The translations under genes were made by a program, and so were the position numbers. The notes beneath the pieces were generated by a model. It made no database searches, was not told the origin of the DNA, and saw only the letters and a list, made by a program, of their open reading frames with translations. Positions 28,382 through 37,894 of a stretch of DNA of 42,978 nt are shown here, piece by piece. Origin of the DNA: Candidatus Gastranaerophilales bacterium (lineage in GTDB: Bacteria > Cyanobacteriota > Vampirovibrionia > Gastranaerophilales > Gastranaerophilaceae); assembly GCA_944323405.1 (NCBI GenBank), contig CALUSJ010000057.1:1-42978 (forward strand), read 5' to 3'. Within the stretch, counting starts at the first letter, position 1. Every line of letters begins with the position of its first letter.

Positions 28382-29160
28382 TAACAAAAAAAGAACTTGA
28401 TAGTTTAGTATTAAAATATGAAACGGAAGATTTTGTAAAAGATGATCCGATTCAGTTTATACACAGGTATTCTAAAAAAGAGGAGGCAGAGCTTGCGGGT
28501 TTCATTGCTTCTATGTTTGCGTATGGGAACCGTAAAATATTTATTTCGAAGCTTAATGATTTGTTTAGTCGTGCAAACAATAATATTTATGATTATATAA
28601 AAGCGGGAGAGTTTTCTAACCTTAAAGGTTTTGAATATCGTTTTTCTAAAGATAATGACATTATTCCAATTTTTGAAATCCTAAATAGACTCTATTGCGA
28701 ATCTAGGGGACTTGAGGAACTTTTTGAATATGGTTTTAGTGAAGGCCGAGATATTTATAAAATGCTTAAAACAGTTGTGGATTATTTTTATTCTCGAGCT
28801 CCAAAAACTGCAGGTCAAGGGTTTTATCATATGATTCCTAATCCAGAAAAAGGCGGTGCAATGAAGCGTATGAATATGTTTTTAAGGTGGATGATTAGGA
28901 AACCTCCTGTTGATTTAGGGATTTGGAAGTTTATGGAGCCAAAAGACTTATTGATTCCTCTTGACGTTCATGTGGCAAGAGTTTCTCGAAATATGGGGCT
29001 TTTAACGAGAAAAAGTAATGATTTTAAAGCTGTTTTAGAGCTTACTGCAAGGCTTAGAGAATTCTGTCCCGAGGACCCGGTTAAATATGATTTTGCAATG
29101 TTTGCTTTTGGTGTAGAATTAAATAGTGATAAAAATGAATTAGAAAGGAGCATTAAATAG
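28378..29160 (+). CDS. TIGR02757/DUF2400 family protein (HhH-GPD-like)
   Basis: DDPIQF.HRY, FAYGNRK, KRMNMFLRWM, DLGIW, IPLDVHV, P.DPVKYDFAMF. Confidence 0.9.
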   Translation: MITKKELDSLVLKYETEDFVKDDPIQFIHRYSKKEEAELAGFIASMFAYGNRKIFISKLNDLFSRANNNIYDYIKAGEFSNLKGFEYRFSKDNDIIPIFEILNRLYCESRGLEELFEYGFSEGRDIYKMLKTVVDYFYSRAPKTAGQGFYHMIPNPEKGGAMKRMNMFLRWMIRKPPVDLGIWKFMEPKDLLIPLDVHVARVSRNMGLLTRKSNDFKAVLELTARLREFCPEDPVKYDFAMFAFGVELNSDKNELERSIK

Positions 29161-29895
29161 ATGAATCATTATACAGAATTTAATTCCAAGACTTTTTTAA
29201 TAATATTGCTTCTTATATGTGCAGTGTTTTTGGTTTTGGTAATAAAAGCATTTAGCTATATTCCTGATTCTAATTCTAATAAAATAGTTTCCAGAAATGC
29301 TTCTGTTAATGTTGCGAGAAAGACATATCATGAAGACAGAGTGCAAGAGCGTGAGGAAAATATTGAACAAAGTGCTTCTGTAGATTCAGAAGACGCTGAA
29401 CCGCAAGAACGGCATACTGTAGTAAATTCAGAAAAATCTGATAGCACAGATATGAGAGTAAGTGAACAGGAAGCTCTAGAAAATATTGATGTTCCAGCAG
29501 AGTCTTCTGTAAATGAAGCGGGAGGCGAAATCTCTTCAAGTGATTCGCAGTCAGAAATTTCTCCTGAAGAAAAGGTTTTGAGAATATTTTTTGATGCTGG
29601 AAAAATGAAAAAAGTTAAGCAATATGTAAAGGCAATAGAGGAATATCAGAAAATTGCAACAGTAACAAACGATACGGATACAATTGCTAAGAGTTATGAA
29701 GAGATTGCGACAGTTTATGCAATAGTAAAACGCTACGGTACAGCTCTTTCATATGCACAAAAAGCTTACAATATGTCGCCATCGTCTTCTAGAGAAATGC
29801 TTCTTGCAAGATTATATTACAAAACGGGTGATATAGATAAAGCGACAAGACGTATAAATAATGTATTACAGAGAGATTTTTCATCAGACAGGTAG
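29161..29895 (+). CDS. membrane-anchored TPR protein with acidic linker
   Basis: N-terminal TM, S/E-rich linker, TPR helices (YVKAIEEYQK, YGTALSYAQKAYNMSP, LARLYYKTGDIDKA). Confidence 0.8.
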   Translation: MNHYTEFNSKTFLIILLLICAVFLVLVIKAFSYIPDSNSNKIVSRNASVNVARKTYHEDRVQEREENIEQSASVDSEDAEPQERHTVVNSEKSDSTDMRVSEQEALENIDVPAESSVNEAGGEISSSDSQSEISPEEKVLRIFFDAGKMKKVKQYVKAIEEYQKIATVTNDTDTIAKSYEEIATVYAIVKRYGTALSYAQKAYNMSPSSSREMLLARLYYKTGDIDKATRRINNVLQRDFSSDR

Positions 29896-29900
29896 GTATC

Positions 29901-30773
29901 ATGACACCAGAAATATTAGATGCAACAAGGATAAGAAAGTTATTGTTTTTAGGGCCTAGAGGCTCATATAGTGATTTTGCAAAAAATAAGTTTATAGAGG
30001 CTTTTGATTTGCATTGTGTAAGTACAAATTTAAAGTCTATTTCTGGTGTTATAAAAGCGTTGAAAGATGAAAATTCTGAAGATATAGCAGCTGTGATTCC
30101 TATAGAGAACTCTATAGAAGGTATTGTTCGTGAGACTTTGGATAATTTATCTTCTTTGAAAAAAGAGGAGTATAAGATTATTGCAGAAACGACTATGAAT
30201 ATAGAGCATGCTCTTTTGGGTTATGCTGACAAAAAATCTGATATAAAAATTGTGCGCTCTCATCCTCAGGCTTTAGCGCAATGCAAAAAATATCTTCAGG
30301 ATAATTTTTCGGATTCTCTTATAGAAGAGGCTACGCTCTCAACTTCTGCTGCTGTAAAGTCTTTACAGAATAGTGAGAAAAATATTGCAGCTATAGGAAG
30401 TCTGGAATGCGCAAAGATGTATCATATCCCTGTAATAGAGACAAATATTAATGATGAGCTTAATAATCAGACTAGATTTATTCTTTTGGCAAAGTTTTTG
30501 TCACCTCAAACGGGACATGATAAAACAAGCATAACTTTTTCAACCGAAAATAAGGCTGGTGCTTTGAATAAAATTTTAACAATCTTAGATGAGCATAATA
30601 TTAATATGTCATATATTGATTCCAGACCTTCCAAAAAAGAATTGGGAGAGTATGTGTTTTATATAGATTTTGAAGGGCATATCCTTGATGATAAAATCCA
30701 AAAGGCCATAGAGGAATTAAAACCGCTGGTTAAAATGTTTTATGTGATAGGCTCATACCACAATATAGTCTAA
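29901..30773 (+). CDS. pheA: prephenate dehydratase
   Basis: LGPRGSYS, PIENSIEG, SHPQALAQC, NQTRF, DSRPS, FYIDFEGH. Confidence 0.95.
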   Translation: MTPEILDATRIRKLLFLGPRGSYSDFAKNKFIEAFDLHCVSTNLKSISGVIKALKDENSEDIAAVIPIENSIEGIVRETLDNLSSLKKEEYKIIAETTMNIEHALLGYADKKSDIKIVRSHPQALAQCKKYLQDNFSDSLIEEATLSTSAAVKSLQNSEKNIAAIGSLECAKMYHIPVIETNINDELNNQTRFILLAKFLSPQTGHDKTSITFSTENKAGALNKILTILDEHNINMSYIDSRPSKKELGEYVFYIDFEGHILDDKIQKAIEELKPLVKMFYVIGSYHNIV

Positions 30774-30838
30774 ATTAGCTATTCATCTATGTAAATTATG
30801 GTAAAAACTTGCATTTTAAACTATAATATTATTTAAAT

Positions 30839-33800
30839 ATGATGAAATGTCCGAAATGCAATAAAACTATTCCTGAAAATTCAACAGTATGTTCATACTG
30901 TCATAAAGTATTAGCTTTGGAATGTCCTAATTGCCATAGCTTAACTAAAAATGCTGTTTGTGAAAAGTGCGGTTACATAATTTTAACAAAATGCTCAAAG
31001 TGTTCTAAAACGGTTTCTACTAGCCAAAATAAATGTAAATGCGGCTTTCCTGTTTCATCAAGTCTAGTTTATCAAGAATGCGAAACTGATGAATTTGCGG
31101 CAATGATTATAAAATTTTCGGCTCTAAAAGAAATAAGGCGTGGATTGGGTTCGCAAGATTTATTTGCTAAATTCTATTTTCGGCTGAAAAATCTTCTTAC
31201 TGCACAGTTAAAATCTGTTGATGGAAGAATTATTATATATAACGATGTTTTTGTTGTGAATTTTAACAAAGAGCTATCGTTTCCAACATCTGCTAACAAA
31301 GCGGTAAGACTTGCCATTAAAATTTTAAATGCTTTTTCAGAGCTGAACGATAAAATTCTTAGGGAACTTGGAACCTCTTTAAAATTGAATCTAACAATTG
31401 TGAAAAAAATAGCTGAAAATTTGCTGACGAAGAATGATTTGGAAAATAATGTTAAGCTTTTAAACGTAAAAAAAGAAAATAAAACATATTTACGTGGTAT
31501 GCAGATAATTATAGACCAATACGTTTATGATTGTATTAACAAAGAATATAAGACAGATTCTCTGTACTCGATAGAAGATAATGGGAAAAGTATTATGTAT
31601 TATGAAATGCTTTTAGAGAATTATATTCTGCCTCCCACGGAAAAAGCAGCAGAAGAGGCGCCTGTTGTGAATTTAAAAGAGCTGCCAAAACAAAAATTCG
31701 AAGAAACGGAAGATAAATACAGTTTTAAAGTCTTTGATATAAATGCCAAATGTAAATTTAAAAAAGTTCCAACATTAAATTTTTTCAGTGATATTGATAA
31801 CAACAAGATTATTTCAATAAGGTGTGAAAAAGAGCTAGAAGTTTTTACATCAGATATTTACAATTATTGCGTAGACAAAGGTATGAAGTTTGTACATACT
31901 ATATGTTCAGAGGAGTTATGCTATAAACCTTGGGGGGCATTAAGTGAAATTTTTAAGGATTATTATGGACTTTCTCCTGTAAAATCTTTTATTCCTGCAA
32001 ATTTCGATGTCAAAAGCTTTAGTTCTCTTAAAGATCTTTTGTTTTCAAAGCCTAGAAAAGCTGCTACTCCAGAAGATGCAAGATTTGCGTATATGGAAGA
32101 TTTTGGCAATTTTTTAGCATCACTTAAGAACTGTACTATTCTGATTGAAGGGTTTGAATTTATGGACGATACCTCGATTCAAACTCTGGAGCTTTATTTT
32201 GACAGGTTTAAGAATGTAAATGTCAATTTTATTTTTGTTACAGATAGTGAAATATCGCTTCATTCAAAAATAAAGGGTTTGTTAAGAACCAATATTTATA
32301 CTGAATATGTGTTGCAAAAAACTTCTATTGACACAATTTTGACAACGATAAAAGAGGAAGCTTCTGATTTTATAAATTCGTTTTATTTCGAAAAAATAAA
32401 AGAAAATTTTAAGGGTTCTCTTTTATACTATAAAAATGCAATTCTGTATCTTATTGAAAAAGGTATTTTGATAAATTTTGAAAATAGGCTCTTGATACGT
32501 AATAATAATTCGGTGCTGCTAGCACCTAACTTAGAAGAATTGATAAGAGCAAGATTAAAATTCCTAGGGAAGAATACAGATGCATCCATGATAATGGCTT
32601 ATTCTGTTTATTTGGGTTCAAGAATGGATTTTCAAATGCTTGAATTGCTGGGAGTTAAGGAAGTTGCAAAAAATGCTGAACTCTTGAAAAATGGCGAATT
32701 TGTTTATATTCAAGATAATGTTATCCATATTAACAATTACAATCTTGTAAAACCCATTATAGAAGCTTCTTTAAAACAGCCCGTTGTGGAATTTTTATGT
32801 AAGAATATTCTGGCAAAACTAGGCAAAGATTTGGATGATAAAACAAAAATGCTTATTATGGGTAAGCTCGGACATTTCAAAGAAGAATACCTGTTATTAT
32901 GGAGAAATTCACAATTTGCAATGAATACAGGCGATTACGATGCCTATTTGAAAAACTGTCTCGGCTTTTTGTCGCTTATTGAACATATTGAAAACAATAT
33001 TTCACCAGAAGAAGTAGAGAATAATAAAAAAGAAGTTTTTCAAAATATTCTAATGACTTTGTATAGCTATTCTCCTGAGAAAATTTATTCAATAGAAAAA
33101 CTTTTGTTAATGGATGCAATTAATCAAAATGATGATGAAAAAATTGTAAAGCTTTCTAACCTAATGCTGCAAGGAGCTTTAATTTCGTCAAATTATACTG
33201 ATGCTCTAACTCTTTTGCATAATATTTTAAGCCGGATGGAACATCCGACATTGATGGTTGATGGAGCGGTTAATACTAAATTTTTGCTCTTGTCATTAAT
33301 TAATATAGAAATTTTGTTTAATATCGGTGATTTCACTCAATGTGCAGAAGTTGCAAAAGATTTAACAGGAGTCTTGAATCCCAGTATTTTAGAAAAAATA
33401 AAACCCGCAAGTTTTTCACTTGATTTTTTTGTCAATCATATAGCCGAGACTTTTCGACTTGTTGGTTTTGCAAAATTATTCAAGATGGACGATGACTTAG
33501 AGGACTTCTTTGGGATTGTAAAACATTCTATAGGTAAAGATTTGCCGGATAAAGATTCTATACTTGCAATTCAGGATTTTTTGAACGGGAAAAACTATGC
33601 GCCATCTAATGTAGAAAGCGCAGAAGCATTTTCAAAGGTAATATATTTGATTTTGCAGGAATTTTCTGTGCATAAGTCTGATTATAAATCTTTTGCTCAG
33701 AATATTTATCAGGCAAAACTCTTGGCATCCGATTTACACGAAAAGCAGCTAGAGTATTTTTGCGATTTATTAATAGCATTTTCATATGCAAATATAGGTC

Positions 33801-34129
33801 TCGTAAAAAAAGCCGAAAGTATTTATCAAGATATTCTGGAAAAGACAGAGAGTTCTGCTATATTTAATATTTTTATTCTTGCAAAATACTTTTTGGCTCG
33901 CCTAAAACGAACAGAAGGGTACATTGAAGAATCTCTTTTAATAATAAATGATTCTCTTGCACTTCTGCAAAAGTTTAATAACCAAGCCAAAATAATCTAT
34001 GTATTGTTTGAAAAACTTTTCATAGATATTGTAAAATCAGAAAATATTACAGCTGTCAACATCCAATCAGAAGAGCAAAAGCTCACTCTTGCTGCTTCTG
34101 ACGGCAAATTATCACGCTTGCTTGATTAA
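30839..34129 (+). CDS. zinc-ribbon + degenerate class III cyclase-like + degenerate STAND ATPase + TPR-like protein
   Basis: Five CxxC plus CxC; SANKAVRLAIKI cyclase helix; LIEGFEFMDDTS, KGSLLY, PNLEELIRARL as eroded STAND motifs. Confidence 0.7.
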   Translation: MMKCPKCNKTIPENSTVCSYCHKVLALECPNCHSLTKNAVCEKCGYIILTKCSKCSKTVSTSQNKCKCGFPVSSSLVYQECETDEFAAMIIKFSALKEIRRGLGSQDLFAKFYFRLKNLLTAQLKSVDGRIIIYNDVFVVNFNKELSFPTSANKAVRLAIKILNAFSELNDKILRELGTSLKLNLTIVKKIAENLLTKNDLENNVKLLNVKKENKTYLRGMQIIIDQYVYDCINKEYKTDSLYSIEDNGKSIMYYEMLLENYILPPTEKAAEEAPVVNLKELPKQKFEETEDKYSFKVFDINAKCKFKKVPTLNFFSDIDNNKIISIRCEKELEVFTSDIYNYCVDKGMKFVHTICSEELCYKPWGALSEIFKDYYGLSPVKSFIPANFDVKSFSSLKDLLFSKPRKAATPEDARFAYMEDFGNFLASLKNCTILIEGFEFMDDTSIQTLELYFDRFKNVNVNFIFVTDSEISLHSKIKGLLRTNIYTEYVLQKTSIDTILTTIKEEASDFINSFYFEKIKENFKGSLLYYKNAILYLIEKGILINFENRLLIRNNNSVLLAPNLEELIRARLKFLGKNTDASMIMAYSVYLGSRMDFQMLELLGVKEVAKNAELLKNGEFVYIQDNVIHINNYNLVKPIIEASLKQPVVEFLCKNILAKLGKDLDDKTKMLIMGKLGHFKEEYLLLWRNSQFAMNTGDYDAYLKNCLGFLSLIEHIENNISPEEVENNKKEVFQNILMTLYSYSPEKIYSIEKLLLMDAINQNDDEKIVKLSNLMLQGALISSNYTDALTLLHNILSRMEHPTLMVDGAVNTKFLLLSLINIEILFNIGDFTQCAEVAKDLTGVLNPSILEKIKPASFSLDFFVNHIAETFRLVGFAKLFKMDDDLEDFFGIVKHSIGKDLPDKDSILAIQDFLNGKNYAPSNVESAEAFSKVIYLILQEFSVHKSDYKSFAQNIYQAKLLASDLHEKQLEYFCDLLIAFSYANIGLVKKAESIYQDILEKTESSAIFNIFILAKYFLARLKRTEGYIEESLLIINDSLALLQKFNNQAKIIYVLFEKLFIDIVKSENITAVNIQSEEQKLTLAASDGKLSRLLD

Positions 34130-34212
34130 TGTTTTCGCTCACACAAACTCGGAATCCCGATTAAAGCAAGATAGAATACACATCCAAATAATACTAAATT
34201 TAGAATTTCCAT
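34126..34212 (-). CDS. unannotated 28-aa single-TM peptide MEILNLVLFGCVFYLALIGIPSLCERKH
   Basis: AGAAAGGAG RBS 10 nt before ATG; hydrophobic core and charged tail; stop overlaps the convergent gene's stop in TTAA. Confidence 0.7.
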   Translation of the reverse strand: MEILNLVLFGCVFYLALIGIPSLCERKH

Positions 34213-34248
34213 AATTTACTATCTCCTTTCTTGATAAAACTAATACCC

Positions 34249-34319
34249 TATACTTTTTACATTCCACATTTTCAGAATTTATAACACTTTTTGTATAAAT
34301 TGTTACAAAAATTTACATA
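34249..34319 (-). promoter_or_regulatory. regulatory cassette with perfect HLR1-like direct repeat, copy A
   Basis: GTTACAAA-aa-TTTACATA at 34302-34319; four sequence blocks shared with 42824-42895. Confidence 0.65.
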
Positions 34320-34377
34320 AGTTTGTTTACATTGATATCAGTTTGAGTGTAAAATTATATAAGGAGGCTTTATAGTT

Positions 34378-35022
34378 TTGAGTAAAGGCTACGAAAGTTT
34401 TAATAATTCAGAAACATCATCTCGAAAATCCACACTAATTCAAGAGCGTATAGGGCTGGTTTCTACACATATGTATAAACAGTTTTTGGACTATCAGCAT
34501 GCTACTGTGAATACAGCGGAGATTTTTGTCGAGATGATAGATAATTTAAAAGCCATTGCTGATTCTCTAAAGCAGTCTTTTGCATCCAGAGGAATAACAA
34601 CTCAAAATATATATGTAAATTATGATAAAGATAAAACCGTGGTTATAATTAATATTCTTTGGCATACAATAAGTTTTACAACACGTTGTAATTACGAACC
34701 GCAAGCACTTTTTAGAGAGAGTGCTTCGCCAATGTTTTCAGGGCGTATAATGGCTATCAATGGTGATTACAATGAGTTTTTGGATGGTATTACATCCAGA
34801 AAAGAGATGATGGAGATACTTCTGGATAAAGAAGTTGCTTCTTTGTATGTACCTGCTGATAAAACTCAGAATTCGATTTTTAAAATAAGGCACCTTTCAA
34901 ATAGAGAGTTTTTCCTTAATAATACTGATGCTTCAAGAGAGTTCGTTTTGAAAGTAATTGAGACAATATGCGGCGGCGGCGTGTATCACGAGGAAGGCTC
35001 TAGAAAAAGTTTTAACATATAG
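34378..35022 (+). CDS. hypothetical protein (214 aa, soluble alpha/beta)
   Basis: TTG start with AAGGAGG RBS; no family recognised. Confidence 0.8.
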   Translation: MSKGYESFNNSETSSRKSTLIQERIGLVSTHMYKQFLDYQHATVNTAEIFVEMIDNLKAIADSLKQSFASRGITTQNIYVNYDKDKTVVIINILWHTISFTTRCNYEPQALFRESASPMFSGRIMAINGDYNEFLDGITSRKEMMEILLDKEVASLYVPADKTQNSIFKIRHLSNREFFLNNTDASREFVLKVIETICGGGVYHEEGSRKSFNI

Positions 35023-35171
35023 TAATATTTACTTGATTTCAAGGTGTTTTTGTGTTTATTTATAGATATACGGGAAGTATCCTCTAAATTCCTGTTAAAA
35101 GCGGCTAGGGGTACATGTTTCAAGTTCATATACTCCATCTACGTTATTAAAATGAAAAGAAGGAATGGAAA

Positions 35172-35540
35172 ATGCTAAAAATCAGATTAAAAAGATTAGG
35201 TGCTAAAAAGTCACCATCATTCAGAATAATTGTTATTAATTCTACAACAAAAAGAGAAGGCAGACCTGTAGAAGAGTTAGGCTGGTACAATCCTAAAACT
35301 AAGGAAATGAAGCTTAATAAAGATTCTGCGCTATCTTGGATTTCTAAAGGTGCTCAACCTACAGAAACTGTTAAATACTTGATTACAAATTGTAATGAAG
35401 ACGGAACTTTAAACTATAAAAAGAAAGAAGTTGTAAAACTTTCTAAAAAAGCGTTAGCAAAAAAAGCTGCTGAAGAAGAAGCTAAAAAGGCCGAAGAAGC
35501 AGCTAGTACAGAAGAAGCTTCTGAATCAACTGAGGCATAA
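35172..35540 (+). CDS. rpsP: 30S ribosomal protein S16 with Ala/Glu-rich tail
   Basis: MLKIRLKRLGAKKSPSFRIIV, REGR..EELGWYNP, WISKGAQPTETV. Confidence 0.98.
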   Translation: MLKIRLKRLGAKKSPSFRIIVINSTTKREGRPVEELGWYNPKTKEMKLNKDSALSWISKGAQPTETVKYLITNCNEDGTLNYKKKEVVKLSKKALAKKAAEEEAKKAEEAASTEEASESTEA

Positions 35541-35567
35541 GCTTATATATAAAAAGTGGATAAATAA

Positions 35568-35597
35568 AAAAAGCCTAAAGAGTTCTTTAGGCTTTTT
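35568..35597 (+). terminator. intrinsic terminator after rpsP
   Basis: AAAAAGCCTAAAG-agtt-CTTTAGGCTTTTT. Confidence 0.85.
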
Positions 35598-35607
35598 AGT
35601 TATAGGA

Positions 35608-35636
35608 TTGACAAAATTTCTAGAATCTCTTATCAT
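35608..35636 (+). promoter_or_regulatory. sigma70 promoter of 35670..35966
   Basis: TTGACA-N17-TATCAT. Confidence 0.75.
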
Positions 35637-35669
35637 GCGTTTGTGTTTATTATGTAGTGGAGTGTTATT

Positions 35670-35966
35670 ATGAGAGTTAGTTCTATAAGTGTTGCTTCGT
35701 CTCAGAGAATGAGTCTTTACAAACAAAATAGCTATTTAAAACCTCCGTTAAAACAAGAAGGGCCTAAGTCACAAGATGTAGCATTCAAAGGAGGGTTAAA
35801 GCTGGGAGATTATATTGCTGGCGGAATTTGCGGAACGGTATTTGGAATAGTTGCGACAGCAGCATTAGGTCCTATAGCAGGGATTGCAGCCGGATTGTTT
35901 GTCGGCAAAGCAGCTGCTGATGCGAACAATGAGACAAGAAAATACGATCCTAATGATAGTAAGTAG
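35670..35966 (+). CDS. small glycine-zipper membrane protein with VAFKG motif
   Basis: GGAG RBS; polar leader, DVAFKG, then GGICGTVFGIVATAALGPIAGIAAGLFVG. Confidence 0.8.
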   Translation: MRVSSISVASSQRMSLYKQNSYLKPPLKQEGPKSQDVAFKGGLKLGDYIAGGICGTVFGIVATAALGPIAGIAAGLFVGKAAADANNETRKYDPNDSK

Positions 35967-35969
35967 TTT

Positions 35970-37856
35970 TTAGGCTTGTTTTGTATTTTTTTCGTATGCT
36001 TTTCTTGTGTTGTAATAAGTAAGTTTTGGTATAAGATAACCGAGAAGTAATGGTGAAAGGACTACTGTTGATAGGAAGCCCGGCACAGAATTAAGTCCTC
36101 GAGCCATTTTAGCAATATTGTTGTGCTTAATTTCACCAGAGCCTTTCATTACTTTGGCGATAATTTCATTAGAACCATCAAATTTTTCGAATAGTTCAAT
36201 AATTTTTTTATTTTTCTCTTTCGAAGAAAGATTTTTTATAGAATCGAGTGTAAATGTTTTATCATTAAACATTAGAGAAGCATTTTCTGATTTAGAAATA
36301 ATTTTACCGAGATCGCCGCCCTTATCATTTATGAAATTTGAGAAATTGAGTAATTTTGCTTTAGAATCTATATCGGAATATATTGCATCTAAATCAGCAA
36401 CGGATAAAACTTCTAAGTTACTGTAAGGCCAGATAATATCTGTAAACTTTTTGAACCAATTTTTACCATCAGAAGCTCTGTTGGTGAGAATAAATCCCAT
36501 TTTGTTTTCATAAGAACGAACTATAGCTTTAGTTAATAGTGGAACAGCAAATACGACAGAGAGTGAAGAAACAGTATCTCTTAAAAGAATTTCATTGATT
36601 TCTGTCATATCTCTTTTACCATTTTCATCTATTTGTGCTCTATCCCAGGCCTTTTTCCCTCTCGGAAGCAGCAAGCCAAAAGTAGCAAGAGCAGCGAATG
36701 TAGTTTTAGAAAAATTATAGCCCGTATATTCCAGAAGAGCTTGTATTTTTTCCGGCGTATGTTTTACTAAAAATTCTCCAAACTTAGCAAAGAAGCCGTC
36801 ATTGTTTATGCCTTTTCCTTTAAACGCAGGAGCTGTTTCTGGAGTTTGAATGTTGTTGTTTTGTTGTTTATCTTGAGTTGCTGTACTAGAATTTTTCTTG
36901 GCATGTCCATGAACTTTTGCACCAGGCGCAACATCACCTCTTACATATAATTTCGGAATATAAGCCAAGCCAACAAGTGTAATCACTATATTTGCGACGT
37001 TGGTCAAGAAACGTTTAGAAGCAAAGTTATTTTTTATATTCTCAATATTATTTTCAAAAATAGAATCTCTTTGTTTATTTCTTTCAACGGCATCTATACC
37101 ATAATCTCTTATTGCAGTAATAACTTCACCGGAGCTAAATGCTTGCTTTGTTTTTTCGTCACCGACAGTAAGAGTATTAACTTTGTATAGTTCAGAAGAA
37201 GTTTCAACCATCTTGCTGTTAATTTTTGCTCGTATACGTCCAAGAGCTTCTTCTTTAACTTTTTTCTTATTATGAGGTTCAAAATGTTTCATTTCGTTCA
37301 ATATAAAGTCGATTGCTTCCTGCGGGTTTTTATCTCCGGGAACGGAATCTTTATATATGGAACTTATGTGATATTTATAAAATTCTTGTTTGAATTTTTT
37401 TGCATCGTTCATTATAGACCTATCAAATTGAGGGTCATTAATCATTTTTTTGAAGCTTTCACTCAGACGTTTGATAAGTCTTGTATTAGTATTTGTAGAT
37501 CTGCAAAAAAGTCCAGTGACTGCAAGAACAGCCGGGGCAACACCTATTATGTAAGGGCCGGTCATGGCTTCACGTCCTAAAACTTCAAAACCTTCCTGCA
37601 TATTATATGTGCCAGTGATTTCTTTGTCACGGTTGAAACCTGTTATAACTCGTGGCAGCGTCATCCCTAAACCGTCTTGGATAAGAAAAGAAACAAGATA
37701 GCCTTGTTGTTCTATCCAATTCATAATGGTTCCAGTACTGCCCAAAATAGGCATAACTAGTGATGAGCCAAAACTTGGGTGTTGTTTTCTATCTGACTTA
37801 ACTTGTGCTGGATTGTTAGAAATCCTATTTTGACTATTAATACCGACAATTTTCAA
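35970..37856 (-). CDS. hypothetical multi-pass membrane protein with two tandem modules, each opened by an F(x)G motif
   Basis: 628-aa ORF, TTG start with AGGA; HPSFG near residue 30 and APAFKG after an N/Q/T-rich linker; both modules end in G(x)xYxIPKL-like segments. Confidence 0.85.
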   Translation of the reverse strand: MKIVGINSQNRISNNPAQVKSDRKQHPSFGSSLVMPILGSTGTIMNWIEQQGYLVSFLIQDGLGMTLPRVITGFNRDKEITGTYNMQEGFEVLGREAMTGPYIIGVAPAVLAVTGLFCRSTNTNTRLIKRLSESFKKMINDPQFDRSIMNDAKKFKQEFYKYHISSIYKDSVPGDKNPQEAIDFILNEMKHFEPHNKKKVKEEALGRIRAKINSKMVETSSELYKVNTLTVGDEKTKQAFSSGEVITAIRDYGIDAVERNKQRDSIFENNIENIKNNFASKRFLTNVANIVITLVGLAYIPKLYVRGDVAPGAKVHGHAKKNSSTATQDKQQNNNIQTPETAPAFKGKGINNDGFFAKFGEFLVKHTPEKIQALLEYTGYNFSKTTFAALATFGLLLPRGKKAWDRAQIDENGKRDMTEINEILLRDTVSSLSVVFAVPLLTKAIVRSYENKMGFILTNRASDGKNWFKKFTDIIWPYSNLEVLSVADLDAIYSDIDSKAKLLNFSNFINDKGGDLGKIISKSENASLMFNDKTFTLDSIKNLSSKEKNKKIIELFEKFDGSNEIIAKVMKGSGEIKHNNIAKMARGLNSVPGFLSTVVLSPLLLGYLIPKLTYYNTRKAYEKNTKQA

Positions 37857-37894
37857 TATTCTATTCCTACCCGACTAAGTGTAACCTTGACACT

